NCBI RefSeq assembly: GCF_018350175.1
Contig: NC_058368.1
Location: 56,546,001 to 56,610,000 of the forward strand
Source: Felis catus
Taxonomy: Eukaryota
DNA: 64,000 nucleotides
Direction: 5' to 3'
Made by a program: the position numbers and the translations under genes. The notes under the pieces are model-generated. The model saw nothing but the letters and a program-made list of their open reading frames with translations. It ran no database searches and was not told the origin of the DNA. Below, in pieces: positions 37,878-49,611 of the stretch; position 1 is the first letter of the stretch; each line of letters starts with the position of its first letter.

Positions 37878-39149
37878 TTTTTAAATCTTTGTCACAGGTT
37901 TAGAGAGCTACAACTTGAAAGAGATAAAACTTTTTCACTAAGCTTTTTATTTGAAATTCAAAAGTAGCTGTCTTCCAAAACATGTAAATCACAATAATTC
38001 CACCTGAATTAGTATAATAGTAACACCTTACATTTTCTATGATTAGGAGAAAAATTAGATCTTTCAAGCTTTACATCCAATTGTAGATATTTTCTGTAGG
38101 AAGGTTTCTATTTCTTGCGATGGAAAATATATTTGTTACTCCCTATCATGAGTTTTGTACAACAATAATACTGTTTATTTATAGTATTAATGTATCTAGT
38201 ATATATTAATTATTGGATTATGGATTTGTCTCAAAGTTAAGAATTTTCAGTTCTGTTTTTTTACAGATGACTGAGCCTAGTTTAGTGTTGGGTATATGGA
38301 TGATGCAAAATACATGTTCATTTAATGTTTGAATGAATGGATATTCAATTATGAGACTAAAATTATTATATATTAAAGTGGAGGATAATGTATCATTTTT
38401 ATAGGGCACAGATTAAGACGAAAACTAAAAAAAAATGTAGAAATGAGGAATAATGAAAGTATTCTGTTTCTGTCACCATAATGTGATTAGTCCCTCATTT
38501 AAAAAAAAAATGCAAAATTAGTTTATAAGTACAGAAAAAGCATGTATAGAAATAATAGAAATGTATATCATCTTACTACATAGTTTCATATTAAACAGGT
38601 ATTTCTATTTTTTTTTCAAAAGTTAAACACATCTGAATGAATGTCTATTTCCAAATCAAGACTTTAGTTAAAGGTATAGAAAATAGAGTTAAAATCCAGT
38701 TCTTCATGTATTTTCACAGCAGTATTTTTCCCCATATGTTTAAAGACAATTTTTAATACATCTGTATGATTTATGTGTACCTTTTAAAGACGTATAAGTT
38801 CTACACAATATTCTATAAAATAATAATAAATTACTAAATAGCTTCTAATGACAAAATAATTTCAGGAGAAAAACTTCTAAATTCCTAATATTAATTTTAA
38901 AAGTAATGCATCACTTATTTTATATATTACTGTTAAAATCATATTGTTCTGTGTTTTTCCGTTAATTATTTATATACTGATAAGTAATAGTCATATAAAC
39001 AAAAATACATTCTTAGCTCCACTTTAATTTTTCCCTTTAATTGATAAAAGAGATTTTGTGAAAATGACAGGTGTATAGCATCCACAATTTAAGTCATACA
39101 CTAAAGGACATAAAAGAATGTAATCATGTGAAATTTGACCTTTCAGAAA

Positions 39150-39800
39150 TCATCATGTTTGACATTTTGATGAGCTTTACTCCACTAAAGGGATATATTT
39201 ACATAATACACTTTTATATATTTTTTCATAACTGAGATAACATTATGAATATTATTCTGTTTATATGTGTATCTTTATTTTTACATATGCATAATCATTT
39301 AAGAAATATTATCCAACCATGTTATAGTACTAACTGAGACAATGATTCATAAATGTTGTAATTAGTGGTCTCCTCTTCTTGGATATTTAAGATGTATTCA
39401 AATTTTTACTATTCTATTAAAAGATTTGGATACGTTATTTTTGCATAAATATTTTTCACATTGCAGCCATATCTGTATGGCAGATTTTTAGAAGTAGAAT
39501 GGCTGGATCAAAGGTGAGGGTTATTTCATTTTAATAATAAATAAAGCTAACATTCCAAAAGATTGCATAAAACTATGCTCAAATAACATTAATGAGATTC
39601 TACTGACTATTGATTTCCTTTCCAAAAGCAAAATATCTCATTTTACATAAAGTGTTACTTTGACCTTTAGTAAAGTGTTTCTTCTATCATAATTTTTGGA
39701 TGTCTCTTGTTATATTTTTGTTGTCTACTTTAAAAATATATTTCTACTTGTGTATTTTTGTTGTAGAAAGGGTATTTTTGTGTTAATTAGGTCATGTGGT
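39150..39800 (-). mobile_element. Very old L1ME-like fragment
   Basis: ttggatatttaagatgtattcaaattttt...tagaagtagaatggctggatcaaagg. Confidence 0.55.
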
Positions 39801-41185
39801 TTTGTATAGAATTTTCTAATATCTTAGATATATTAATGCTTGATCCTGGGCTTTCAAGGATAAAATCCTACTTGCAAGCAATTGTAATTTTGCATTTTCT
39901 CCCCTTTGTTTCCATGTGTGTACTTCATTGATTCACTGTTAAACTGCACTGGCGAGATCTTTGAGAATAATATTGAACACCAAACGTTTCTTTCTCATCT
40001 CTATAGTTCTTCTTATAAAAGTGTGTCTAACACTTTAATTAATCAAATAAGAAAAGCCCCATTTTTTTTCCATTTACTTCTTTTTTTTTATATTTTAGGG
40101 CATAAATTAATCACATACTTGTAATGTTCTTTACCCCAAAGCAATCAACTTCTCATCTAAATTTCAGAACTCTTGAGTCAGAAATCATTAAAGAAAAATT
40201 CGATGCTAGAATATAGTATGGTCAACAGGCTAGCGTTTTAAGATAGCAAAAGATTAATGTACTAAAAATAGTACAAACACAAATCTTGCAAGGAAAGGAG
40301 GGAACATCCTTGTCATTGGATTAACTTCTCATCACATTTGCTGTTATTAGAGAATATTGAACATGATAGACTAATTTGTACTTCACTTGCAGACTATACT
40401 TTTAAGAGCTATACTATCTTTCATTAACACAACTTTGATGCTTATAAATTAGGTGTGTGAAAATGTACTAATTTCCTATGTTTCAGATAAAATAGTAATG
40501 CATACTGAAAATATGTATGAGACCCTGTACAAGATATGAAAGGTTAGTAAAGACATTTTTACAAACAGTTATCAAAAAATCTCTACAAATCTTGTAAATT
40601 CTCTCCTGTGTTAAGAAAGGTTAATAAACTCAGATTTAATAGTACAAGGACAAGCTAAGTAATTATCTTGTGAGATTTACTTCAATCCCAGGTAATGGTC
40701 TAGAAAATATAATAAGGTAATTGATCTTTTAGAAGTAGGACCTCATGAATTGAGTGAAAAGTTGCCAGCACATGTTTCTGAGACACGGTTGCAAACCAAT
40801 GTAATAAATAAATTTTAATAGAGTAATTGATAAGGCTGACAAGGACAATGTGCCTTGTGTAGTGTAATAAAGTTAAAGTCAAACAATACATGCTCTTTTG
40901 TTGCCTGCTTGTTTCAACAAATGCATCATGAACATCATTCAAAATGGCTTACTATGAAGGAAATTATGAAGAAGTTATTGTAATTACTGGAAATATGTCC
41001 ATAAGTTTTCTTGAATATATTCTCGTCATTCTTTGGCTATCTCTAAGTATGTATATTTTCTTATTTTGTCAGCTTTCTGGATTTTAAACCCCTGGTCAAC
41101 TTAGTTCATAATACTTTTAATAAAACTTCATTTTACCACATAATTTTACAAAACACAAAGTATTATGCCATTACAAGGCAAATAG

Positions 41186-41433
41186 TTTCTTTCCTTCCTC
41201 CTTCCCTTTTCCTTCCATCCTTCCTTCCTCCTTCCTTTCTCTTTCCTTCCTTCCTTCCTTCCTTCCTTCCTTCCTTCCTTCCTTCCTTCCTTCCTTCCTT
41301 CCTTCCATCCTCTTCCTTCTTTCTTTCTTTCTTTCTTTCTTTCGTTCTTTCTTTCGTTCTTTCTTTCGTTCTTTCGTTCTTTCTTTTCCTCGTTATTTCC
41401 CTCCCTCCCTCTCTTACTCTCTTTCTCTCTCCT
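41186..41433. repeat. Compound (TTCC)n/(TTTC)n/(CT) pyrimidine tract
   Basis: Seen directly. Confidence 0.95.
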
Positions 41434-41799
41434 GTATATATATATAGTACCTCAACCATAATTTGCTACTTCCAGGGAAGTAGGTTGTGTTTTACTCCAC
41501 CCTTTTAGATTACATCAAAACAGCTGTTTTTAAAACAATCAAACAAAACAATTAATTATAAATGTTAAGCAGTATAATTGTCTAATTCCTATTTAAAGAA
41601 AAATGGGAAGGTAGTGACACTGAATTACAAGTGAACATTTTATTTCCAAATTTTAATGGTTACAGTTAACATTTATTTTGACTCAAGCTCTTTCTAATTA
41701 TTACCGTGCCATTAATTCATAGTTCCCTAAATATTTAGCTGTAAGATTTTGGATAAAATTGATCTTAAATTCTTTAGAGAGGAATATTATCAATTGTGC

Positions 41800-42940
41800 A
41801 TCATTTATTCATCAATTTAACAAAATAAAAAAAAATCTTTTCTGTGAGCCAGGCACTGTTCTTTGGGGATATGGCACATAGGAACATGGATGAAATCCTT
41901 GCCATTGTGGAACTTTCATTCTAGTTGCCAGTCAGAAAGCTAACAACAACAACAACAACAACAACAACACATAATATAATTTTAGGAAGTAACATGACAG
42001 GATAAGAAGATGAAGAATGATGGTGGTGGGGCCATTTTTATAGGAATAGTCCAGGAAGGCTGTGGCATTTGAGCAGACAGTGAATGAGGTGAGAAGCGAG
42101 TTGGAGAGCAATTCATTCCTGGAATGGAGAAGAGCAAGAAAAATTTACTGCTGTGCTAATTAATTTGTTATTAATGAAGAAGAGCAAAAAAATAAGTCTT
42201 CCTAAAGAGTGAGTTAGGAATGGGATGCCTGGGTGGCTCATTCGGTTAAGTGCCCAACTTCAGCTCAGGTCATGATCTCAATGTTTGTGAGTTTGAGCCC
42301 CGTTTGGGGCTCTGTGCTGGCAGCTCAGATCCTGGAGCCTGCTTCGGATTCTGTGTCTTCCTCTCTTTCTGCACTTCCTCCACTTGTGCTCTGTCTCTCT
42401 ATCAAAAATAAATAAAATATTTTAAAAATTTTTAAAAAAAGGAATGAGCTGGGAATAATATGATAGGAAATGACTTAAAAGAAAAACTTCGGGCTAGTTA
42501 ATATAGGTTTATGTTGGTTTCTGTTTTGTTTTATGTTCTTTTACATAAAAGCTAGGATTTGGATTTTGTTTCATTGTGATCAAATGATTGTCATGGTGAT
42601 GATGTGTTTTGATCACATCAAAATGTGGAAAGTACTTAGTGATGATGATCACCACTTTTGATACTATTATTGTAATCTAGGTGAGATCCTTTCAGGACCA
42701 TTATGAAGATATATCCCAGAAAATATACTAATGTACCAGATATGGTGTGTGAAAGAAAGATAAAGGTCAAGGTCAAATTTACAACAATATTTTATTTGCA
42801 CAGTGGTGTGATTTAAGTGGCATCTACTGAAGAGGGTACCACTTGAATAAGTCATTGGGAGGAGAAGTGATCAAGTATTTGTTTACATAAAGTTTGAAAT
42901 TTGTTTCAAACCATCTACAGATGATTTTGAATAGGCATCT
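41800..42940 (-). mobile_element. L2 3' portion, interrupted by (AAC)n and a SINE
   Basis: tcatttattc...gtgagccaggcactgttct...gaactttcattctagt; ggcatttgagcagac; aagtttgaaat...acatctac. Confidence 0.7.
42222..42440 (+). mobile_element. Can-SINE
   Basis: Full body and tail; degenerate TSD. Confidence 0.93.
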
Positions 42941-43031
42941 AAAGATAAGTTTATTTATAGATATATATAGATATAATCATGAATATCTGGGAAACAGTGA
43001 GCCCTGAAAATGTACAATTAAAACCATATGT

Positions 43032-43245
43032 GGGGTGCCTGGGTGGCTCAGTCGGTTAATTATTCGACTTCAGCTGAGGTCATGATCTTGTGGTATTTGA
43101 GTTTGAACCCCATGTCAGGCTCTGTACTGACAGCTCAGAGACTGGAGCCTGGTTCACATTCTGTGTCTCCCTCTCTCTCTGCCCCTCCCCTACTCATACT
43201 CTGCCTCTCTCTCTCTCTAAACAATAAATACATATTTTTAAAAAT
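43032..43245 (+). mobile_element. Can-SINE
   Basis: TSD ttaaaaccatatg at 43018-43030 and 43246-43258. Confidence 0.95.
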
Positions 43246-44355
43246 TTAAAACCATATGCATACGTAAGATATGAAAGCACACTTTTGTACAGAATTTACT
43301 GTTAAATTATAAATAATTATCTGTATATTTTATGGGATATAATTTTTTGATATTTCTCACGAAAAAATAACTACATGTGCTGTAATGTGATATATATGTT
43401 CTGTGTGTAATTCTGTGATATTTAATATTTCAGGGCATGTCTCTTTTACCTAACCACAGATTTTCAGGGGCTGGAAATCATGCTCTAGTCTGTGCCTAGG
43501 AACACAAAACCTGATTTCTATAAAGAATTCTTCCATTTGTTAGTGGTAATGAAAGAATTCTTACACACCAGATTTCTAGTGTCCCTGGATTTAATTTAAA
43601 CCAGTGAAATCTTCTGTGAACCCTGGGTAGTCCTTCCACTGCAATTTTCTCCACATTTGGGTAGTGTGCTTACTGGCCTTCAGTAGTTTCCATTTCAAGT
43701 CTGTGGTTTCCCTGGAAATGCAGTTGTACACCTATGAGACAGAACAACAGATGCCTTCCTTGTTTCTTCAAATCTGCATCATGATAGTAGAGTTTACATT
43801 GTCTCTCTTACTAAGGAAGCCATTCTCCTGTATGCAGTGGAAAGAACAGCTAAGAAACTCTCTTCAAATCTTCCATTTCATGTGTTGTATTTGAGTAGGG
43901 GAATCAAATCATGTACAGTCTAATTGGATATTAATGTATTTTCATATTGATATTTGAATGTCAATTCAAATGTAAAATCATGTGTTTGTCTTTTTGTCTG
44001 TATTGAATCTGCACAAAGTGGGACTTGTTTATGTTATTCAGCAAACTTCCAGATGATGAGTTAAGGGAATGTGCAATTTATTATGACTCCTCACCACTGT
44101 ACCCTGAACTTGAGTAAGTTCTGAACTCTCAAAGAAACCCCATCAGTATTTCTGTGGGTATGAAATAAGTGTTAGTATTCTAACCAAGCCCATTTACAAA
44201 TGACAAACATATCTCACTGGTAGAATAAATAAAATTTATTACAAACCATGAATACTCTTGGTTAGGATTTTGTTTTAAAGAATTTACCATCTAAATATTT
44301 TCTCAAATTATCTAAATATAAACACTGAATTTTATTGGATTTTGAGGTATTTTTC

Positions 44356-44582
44356 TTTTTTTTTTTTAAATTTTTTTTTCAACGTTTATTTATTTTTGGG
44401 ACAGATAGAGACAGAGCATGAACGGGGGAGTGGCAGAGAGAGAGGGAGACACAGAATCGGAAACAGGCTCCAGGCTCCGAGCCTTCAGCCCAGAGCCTGA
44501 CGCGGGGCTCGAACTCACAGACCGCGAGATTGTGACCTGGCTGAAGTCGGACACTTAACCGACTGTGCCACCCAGGCGCCCC
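44356..44582 (-). mobile_element. Young felid SINE
   Basis: TSD gattt(t)gaggtatttttc at 44338-44355 and 44583-44599. Confidence 0.95.
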
Positions 44583-46235
44583 GATTTGAGGTATTTTTCA
44601 AGATACAATTAGTCAGGGTTTGAAACTTCTGTGATTGAATAATATTATTTAAGGCAGTCTCCTGAAATGAACGAAAAACAAGTTTAATAAACTGATCATA
44701 TTTTGTGACAACCATCAAATAACACTTTAAATTATTTCCTAGCATTTCACCTATTAACAAAATGAGTTCTTTAAAGATTGCCATATAGGGGAGAATTTTG
44801 TAATACTTGTTTAAATTAAATATATTTGTTATTTGTACAGGCTTTTTTTATTTTTAGAAGGGAAAACATTTTATCGGAACACATTTATGATTCTCCATTT
44901 ATTTTGTGATATAGGTTAATAAATTAACCTTCCTTTCATATCTGGAGGTGGATGTTTAGGCAACTTAAATTTTAATGTTACTTGCTTCCTGTTTTATGTC
45001 CTATTAATGGGGTCTTGTAAATCTTAAAGGCTTTATTTTTTAACATGGTTTCTAGGATATGCTATTTCCTCATACCATAATTCTAACCATGTGGACTTAC
45101 CATGGCAAATCCTTTTAACATTCCCTAACAATATCTTAAGTAGTGGAGCATAACAAAAATTTGCTGCTAGGGAAATGCTCACTTTCAGGCATGAGTGTAT
45201 AGGAAGGATTTTCTTTTCTGTGACCTTTTCCAGCATTTATAAGTATGGTTATCCTGGTTCAATTAATTTGAATGATGATGGACTTAAAGTCCAATGAAAC
45301 ATTTTTCTCCTGAAAGAATTCAAGTAAGTTACTCACTTTCCAATCCATTTTGCCTATAGAATGCTGGTCTTTTAGAATTTTTTTGTACCAAAAGCAATAC
45401 CTCATTTAATGCCCCAAATAGTGTTTGTTCAGTTCATGTTGATTGTGGATTAAACTCAATATTAGAATACTAAGTACTATTATAAATATAAGGATTTGGC
45501 TTATGGAGGAATTAGGGAAGTACAAGAAGAAACACCTTTATCTCAAAATAAATATTTCTAACAGCAATATTTTCTAATGGGATATGGACTGTATGATAAT
45601 CCTATAATACAAGTGTTACCCTGGAAAGTAGAAATCTGTGCTGCTGAGTCAGTCCATTGCCATATGTTTGAATTTAATAAAGCCACAGTTTGTTCAAATA
45701 TATATGAGTATTTAAGACATAGCCTATATAATCAATAGCCTGAGTGATGTCAAATCATCATTGTACATTACTTCTCCTTTGGCTCTGATATCTTGTATTA
45801 ACATTATAAATTCAAATAATCTCAGAGATGGATACCCGTTTACTGGATAACACTCTTGATAAATTTAAATCAATTTCAAAATGATGAATATTATCCATTT
45901 GGATATTATTATTAGGCCATTTATAAAATATCAAATTATGTTTATCTGACTTCAATAGCTCTAATGCTTGCATATTAAGAAAGCAGTCAATGGAACGTTA
46001 ATTCCCTCTGTGTTAAATAATCAAAATTAAAACATTTGTGTATTCCCTCAATTTCCATCATGCTCAAGTGTGAACTAAGCTGACATTACAAAGTGCTTTA
46101 ATCCCTTTAGAATAACATTTTGAATAAAAGTCTAAAATTCTTAAAAGTATTCACAAGGGATTATATTTCTAATAGTGGAAGCTAAATTGCTTAGGTGAAA
46201 GCAAAAATAATATGCTGTATTAAATATAAAATAGC

Positions 46236-46428
46236 AGGGTGCCTGGGTGGCTTAGTTGGTTAAGTGTCTGACTTCTGCTCTGGTCATGATCTTGCAGTTT
46301 GTGAGTTGGAGCCCCACTGACATGCACTGACAATGAGGAGTCTGATTGGGATTCTCTCTCTCCCTCTCTCTCTGCCCCTCACCCTGTCTCTTTCTTTCTC
46401 TCTCTCTCTCAAAATAAACAGTAAAAAG
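46236..46428 (+). mobile_element. Can-SINE
   Basis: Head gggtgcctgggtggcttag, CT tract and tail. Confidence 0.9.
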
Positions 46429-46605
46429 TATATAAATTAGATATTTGAGATCTTTAGTATTTTGAAAAAGATAGTAGGAAACCCCTGGGTGTTTTTTGTT
46501 TGTTTGTTTGTTTGTTGTTTTTTTTTTTCCTGTCTTTTAAAAAATAAAACCTATAGTAAGAAAAGGGGAAAATAAACTGTTTATTAAAGATACATTTACC
46601 CCCAT

Positions 46606-46802
46606 GGGGTGCCTGGCTGGCTCAGTCAGTTGATTGTCTGACTGCTGATATCTGCTCAGGTCATGATCTCATGGTTTGTGATTTTGAGCCTGCTTGGGAT
46701 TCTCTCTCTCCCCCTCTCTCTGTTTCTTCCCTGTTTGTGCTCTCTCTCTCTCTTTTTCTCTCTCTTAAATAAATAAACTTAAAAAAAAGAGAGAGAGAGA
46801 GG
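46606..46802 (+). mobile_element. Can-SINE with internal deletion
   Basis: TSD gatacattt(a/g)ccc(c/t)cat at 46589-46605 and 46803-46819. Confidence 0.92.
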
Positions 46803-47514
46803 GATACATTTGCCCTCATGGCATTTACCCATACTTCAATCATCTATATTTGGTTTGCTGGTTGAAGCAGAACAAAGATAGAGATTACAGCCCCAAATTT
46901 TGTCACTTTTCCTTACCTTGAGCTAAAGAGCTAATCTTCAAGTAAAAGTGAATAAGTGTTGAGAAATGCAGGGAGAGTTTCCTTGCCACAAAGTGGAAAA
47001 GAAGAGAATAATAAAAAAAAATTGTCTTGGGGAATTTATGATCGCAGACGTGACCTTGTCTTGTATGAGTTCACTCAGCCTGGGTGAGTCAGGGACTTTT
47101 GCATCTTCAATTTGGTTTAGGATTTTCTCAATCTTCTGGTAGCAGAAAGGAAGGAAAAGAGAGAGGGAACAGGCAACTCCCTTTGACTTCAGAGAATACT
47201 AATTATCATTTAAAGACAATGGCCAGTAAGCTATAAAATATTACAAAGGATACAAGGAAATAAGAAATGCCAAACCTGAGTGAGAATCAACAGAAAGTAT
47301 ATACCAGCCGTGCATAGTCTACAGGTAATAGATTTATATGATGTGGTGGTTAAAATAATTCATTCTCCTCCTGTTTAAAGAAACATATTTTTAAAAATAT
47401 TGGAAGCTCTAAATAATGGCATAGTGGATTTTCAAAAACAACCAAACAGACAAGTATAAACTTTAACTTCTAGCCTTGTTGGAGTACCTAGTACAAGACT
47501 TCTCATTTCATTTT

Positions 47515-48068
47515 CATTTTTATTTTTTAAGCATTTTAATGTATTTTTTTTCATCATGGTAAGTGTACTCTTTGATACTCATCCCCTGTTTCCCCCATCC
47601 ATCCCCCCTACCACCCCTCCGGTAACCATCAGTTTGTTCACTGTGGTTAAAACTCTGTTTCTTGGTTTGTCTCTCTCTATTTTTTTCCCTTTGCTCATTT
47701 GTTTTGTTTCTTAGATTCCACATATGAGTGGAATCATATGGTATTTGTCTTTCTCTGACTGACTTATTTCACTTAGCATAATACTCTCTAGCAACATTTG
47801 TTTTTGCAAATGGCAAGATTTAATTCTATTTTTATGGCTGAATAAAGAAGATACATATATCTTTATCCATTCATCTGTTGACGGACACTTGAGCTGCTTC
47901 CATAGTTTGGCTGTTGTAAACAATGCTGCAAAACAGCAATAAATATAGGGATGCACGTATCCCTTTTAATTAGTGTTTTTGTATTTTGGGGGTAAATACA
48001 CAGTAGGGTGATTACTGGATCTATTTTTAATCTTTTCTGTTTTCCAGGGGGGCTGCACCTAGTTGCAT
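47515..48068 (-). mobile_element. 5'-truncated carnivore L1
   Basis: Minus-strand CPSTDEWIK...LSEISQSEKDKYHM; TSD tcatttcatttt at 47503-47514 and 48069-48080. Confidence 0.92.
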
Positions 48069-48648
48069 TCATTTCATTTTTAAATAGGAAGGATACTGAA
48101 AATATACAAGAAAATAGGAAAGCAAATAGCACAGGACTGTGCTCTGCAATTGATAGAAAACAAATGAAGTGAGCTTTAATACAACCTCAAGTGTCCTGTG
48201 AAAAGGCTTTCCTGGCAGGGTATAAAAATGAGTAACCCAAGCCAAGCACAACGACTATAGTGAGTTGAACAAGAAATAAGAATTTTTGGTAGCTGAGGCA
48301 GCTGTGATTTGAAGGGAAAAATTACAAAACGGAGAGATATACCAAGAAAAAATTTACAAGTACATTCATGGCATCTCCTTTAGTCTCTTGTTGGATACCA
48401 ATATTCATATTCATATGGTGAAAACCCAAAAGGTTGATGAACATATTTCAGAGACTACTCATAGCTGAGAGACTATGAATTCCTACTCCCCAAATAAGGA
48501 TATAAGATTCAACATATGTATTCAGCAGAGCCATCTAAAGGATAAGGATATACAGTAGGTCTTAAACTACTCTTGAGGAAAGACTACAAAATAAAACTTA
48601 AAAGAAGCCTCAAAATGTTAGCTCTAGTTATAAGTAAGTTATCTTTCC

Positions 48649-48650
48649 CA

Positions 48651-48693
<43 letters not shown>
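48649..48693. repeat. (AAT)n microsatellite
   Basis: Seen directly. Confidence 0.95.
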
Positions 48694-49414
48694 TTCTTTG
48701 AATGTAGAAAATAAAGTATGGATATTTGTGCAATACAAAATGCCAAATTACCAATAAAAAAATACTAGACTTTAGAAGAAACGGATGAAATGACAGGAAA
48801 AAAGAAATAAATTCAGGTCCCCAAATGACAGACATGATAGATTAGCTGACAATTGCTGTAAAATAACTACCATAAATAAAATCGACCTTTTAAGGGAAAG
48901 CATGATTATAATGAGTAGAGAACTGGAAGCTGAACAATAGAGTCTCTGAAATGGAAAATTCACAAGCTCAACGTATGAGAAATTTAAATAATGTAAAATA
49001 TCAGTGAATCTAAGGCATAATAACAATTATCTGGCAAGATCAAGAACAGTGTGGAGAAGAAGTATACAACAAATATGATCAATAAAAATGGGACAGGGTA
49101 GAAATGCTTCAGACAACAAGAAATAAGATTATATTTCATAAATAATATATCCAATAAATTTGGAAGAACATGAGATAGAAAAAATTTTAGAAAAATACAA
49201 TTCACCAAAGCTACCTCAAAAAAATTAAAAACATATTCATGTTACTTTAAAATTAAATTATTTTAAAATTATATATATTTATAATCTTATTTATAATCTT
49301 ATTTACATTATATTCCAAAATATAATTTATATATTTGCATTTATAAATTATTTATAAATAATAACTTATAAGTTATAAGTCATAAACCAAGTTATTAAAT
49401 TAAATATATATGTA

Positions 49415-49611
49415 TATTTTAAGTTTATTCATTTTGAGAGAGAACATGAACATGGGAAGGACAGAGAGAGAGGGAGAGAATAAATCCCTAGTAGGCTCCC
49501 TGCTCATATCTCAGAGACTGACATGGGGCTTGAACTTACAAACTATGAGATAATGACCTGAGCTGCAACCAAGAGCCAGATGCTTAAATGACTGAGCTTC
49601 CCAGGTGCCTC
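49415..49611 (-). mobile_element. Older Can-SINE
   Basis: gagataatgacctgagctg...ccaggtgcctc. Confidence 0.88.

Noticed and set aside
41163..41459. 98-aa K/E/R/G-rich ORF
   Set aside because: Translation of a tetranucleotide microsatellite.
49250..49415. AT-rich palindromes (ataacttataagttat)
   Set aside because: Low-complexity AT sequence next to a SINE tail, where such palindromes are expected by chance.
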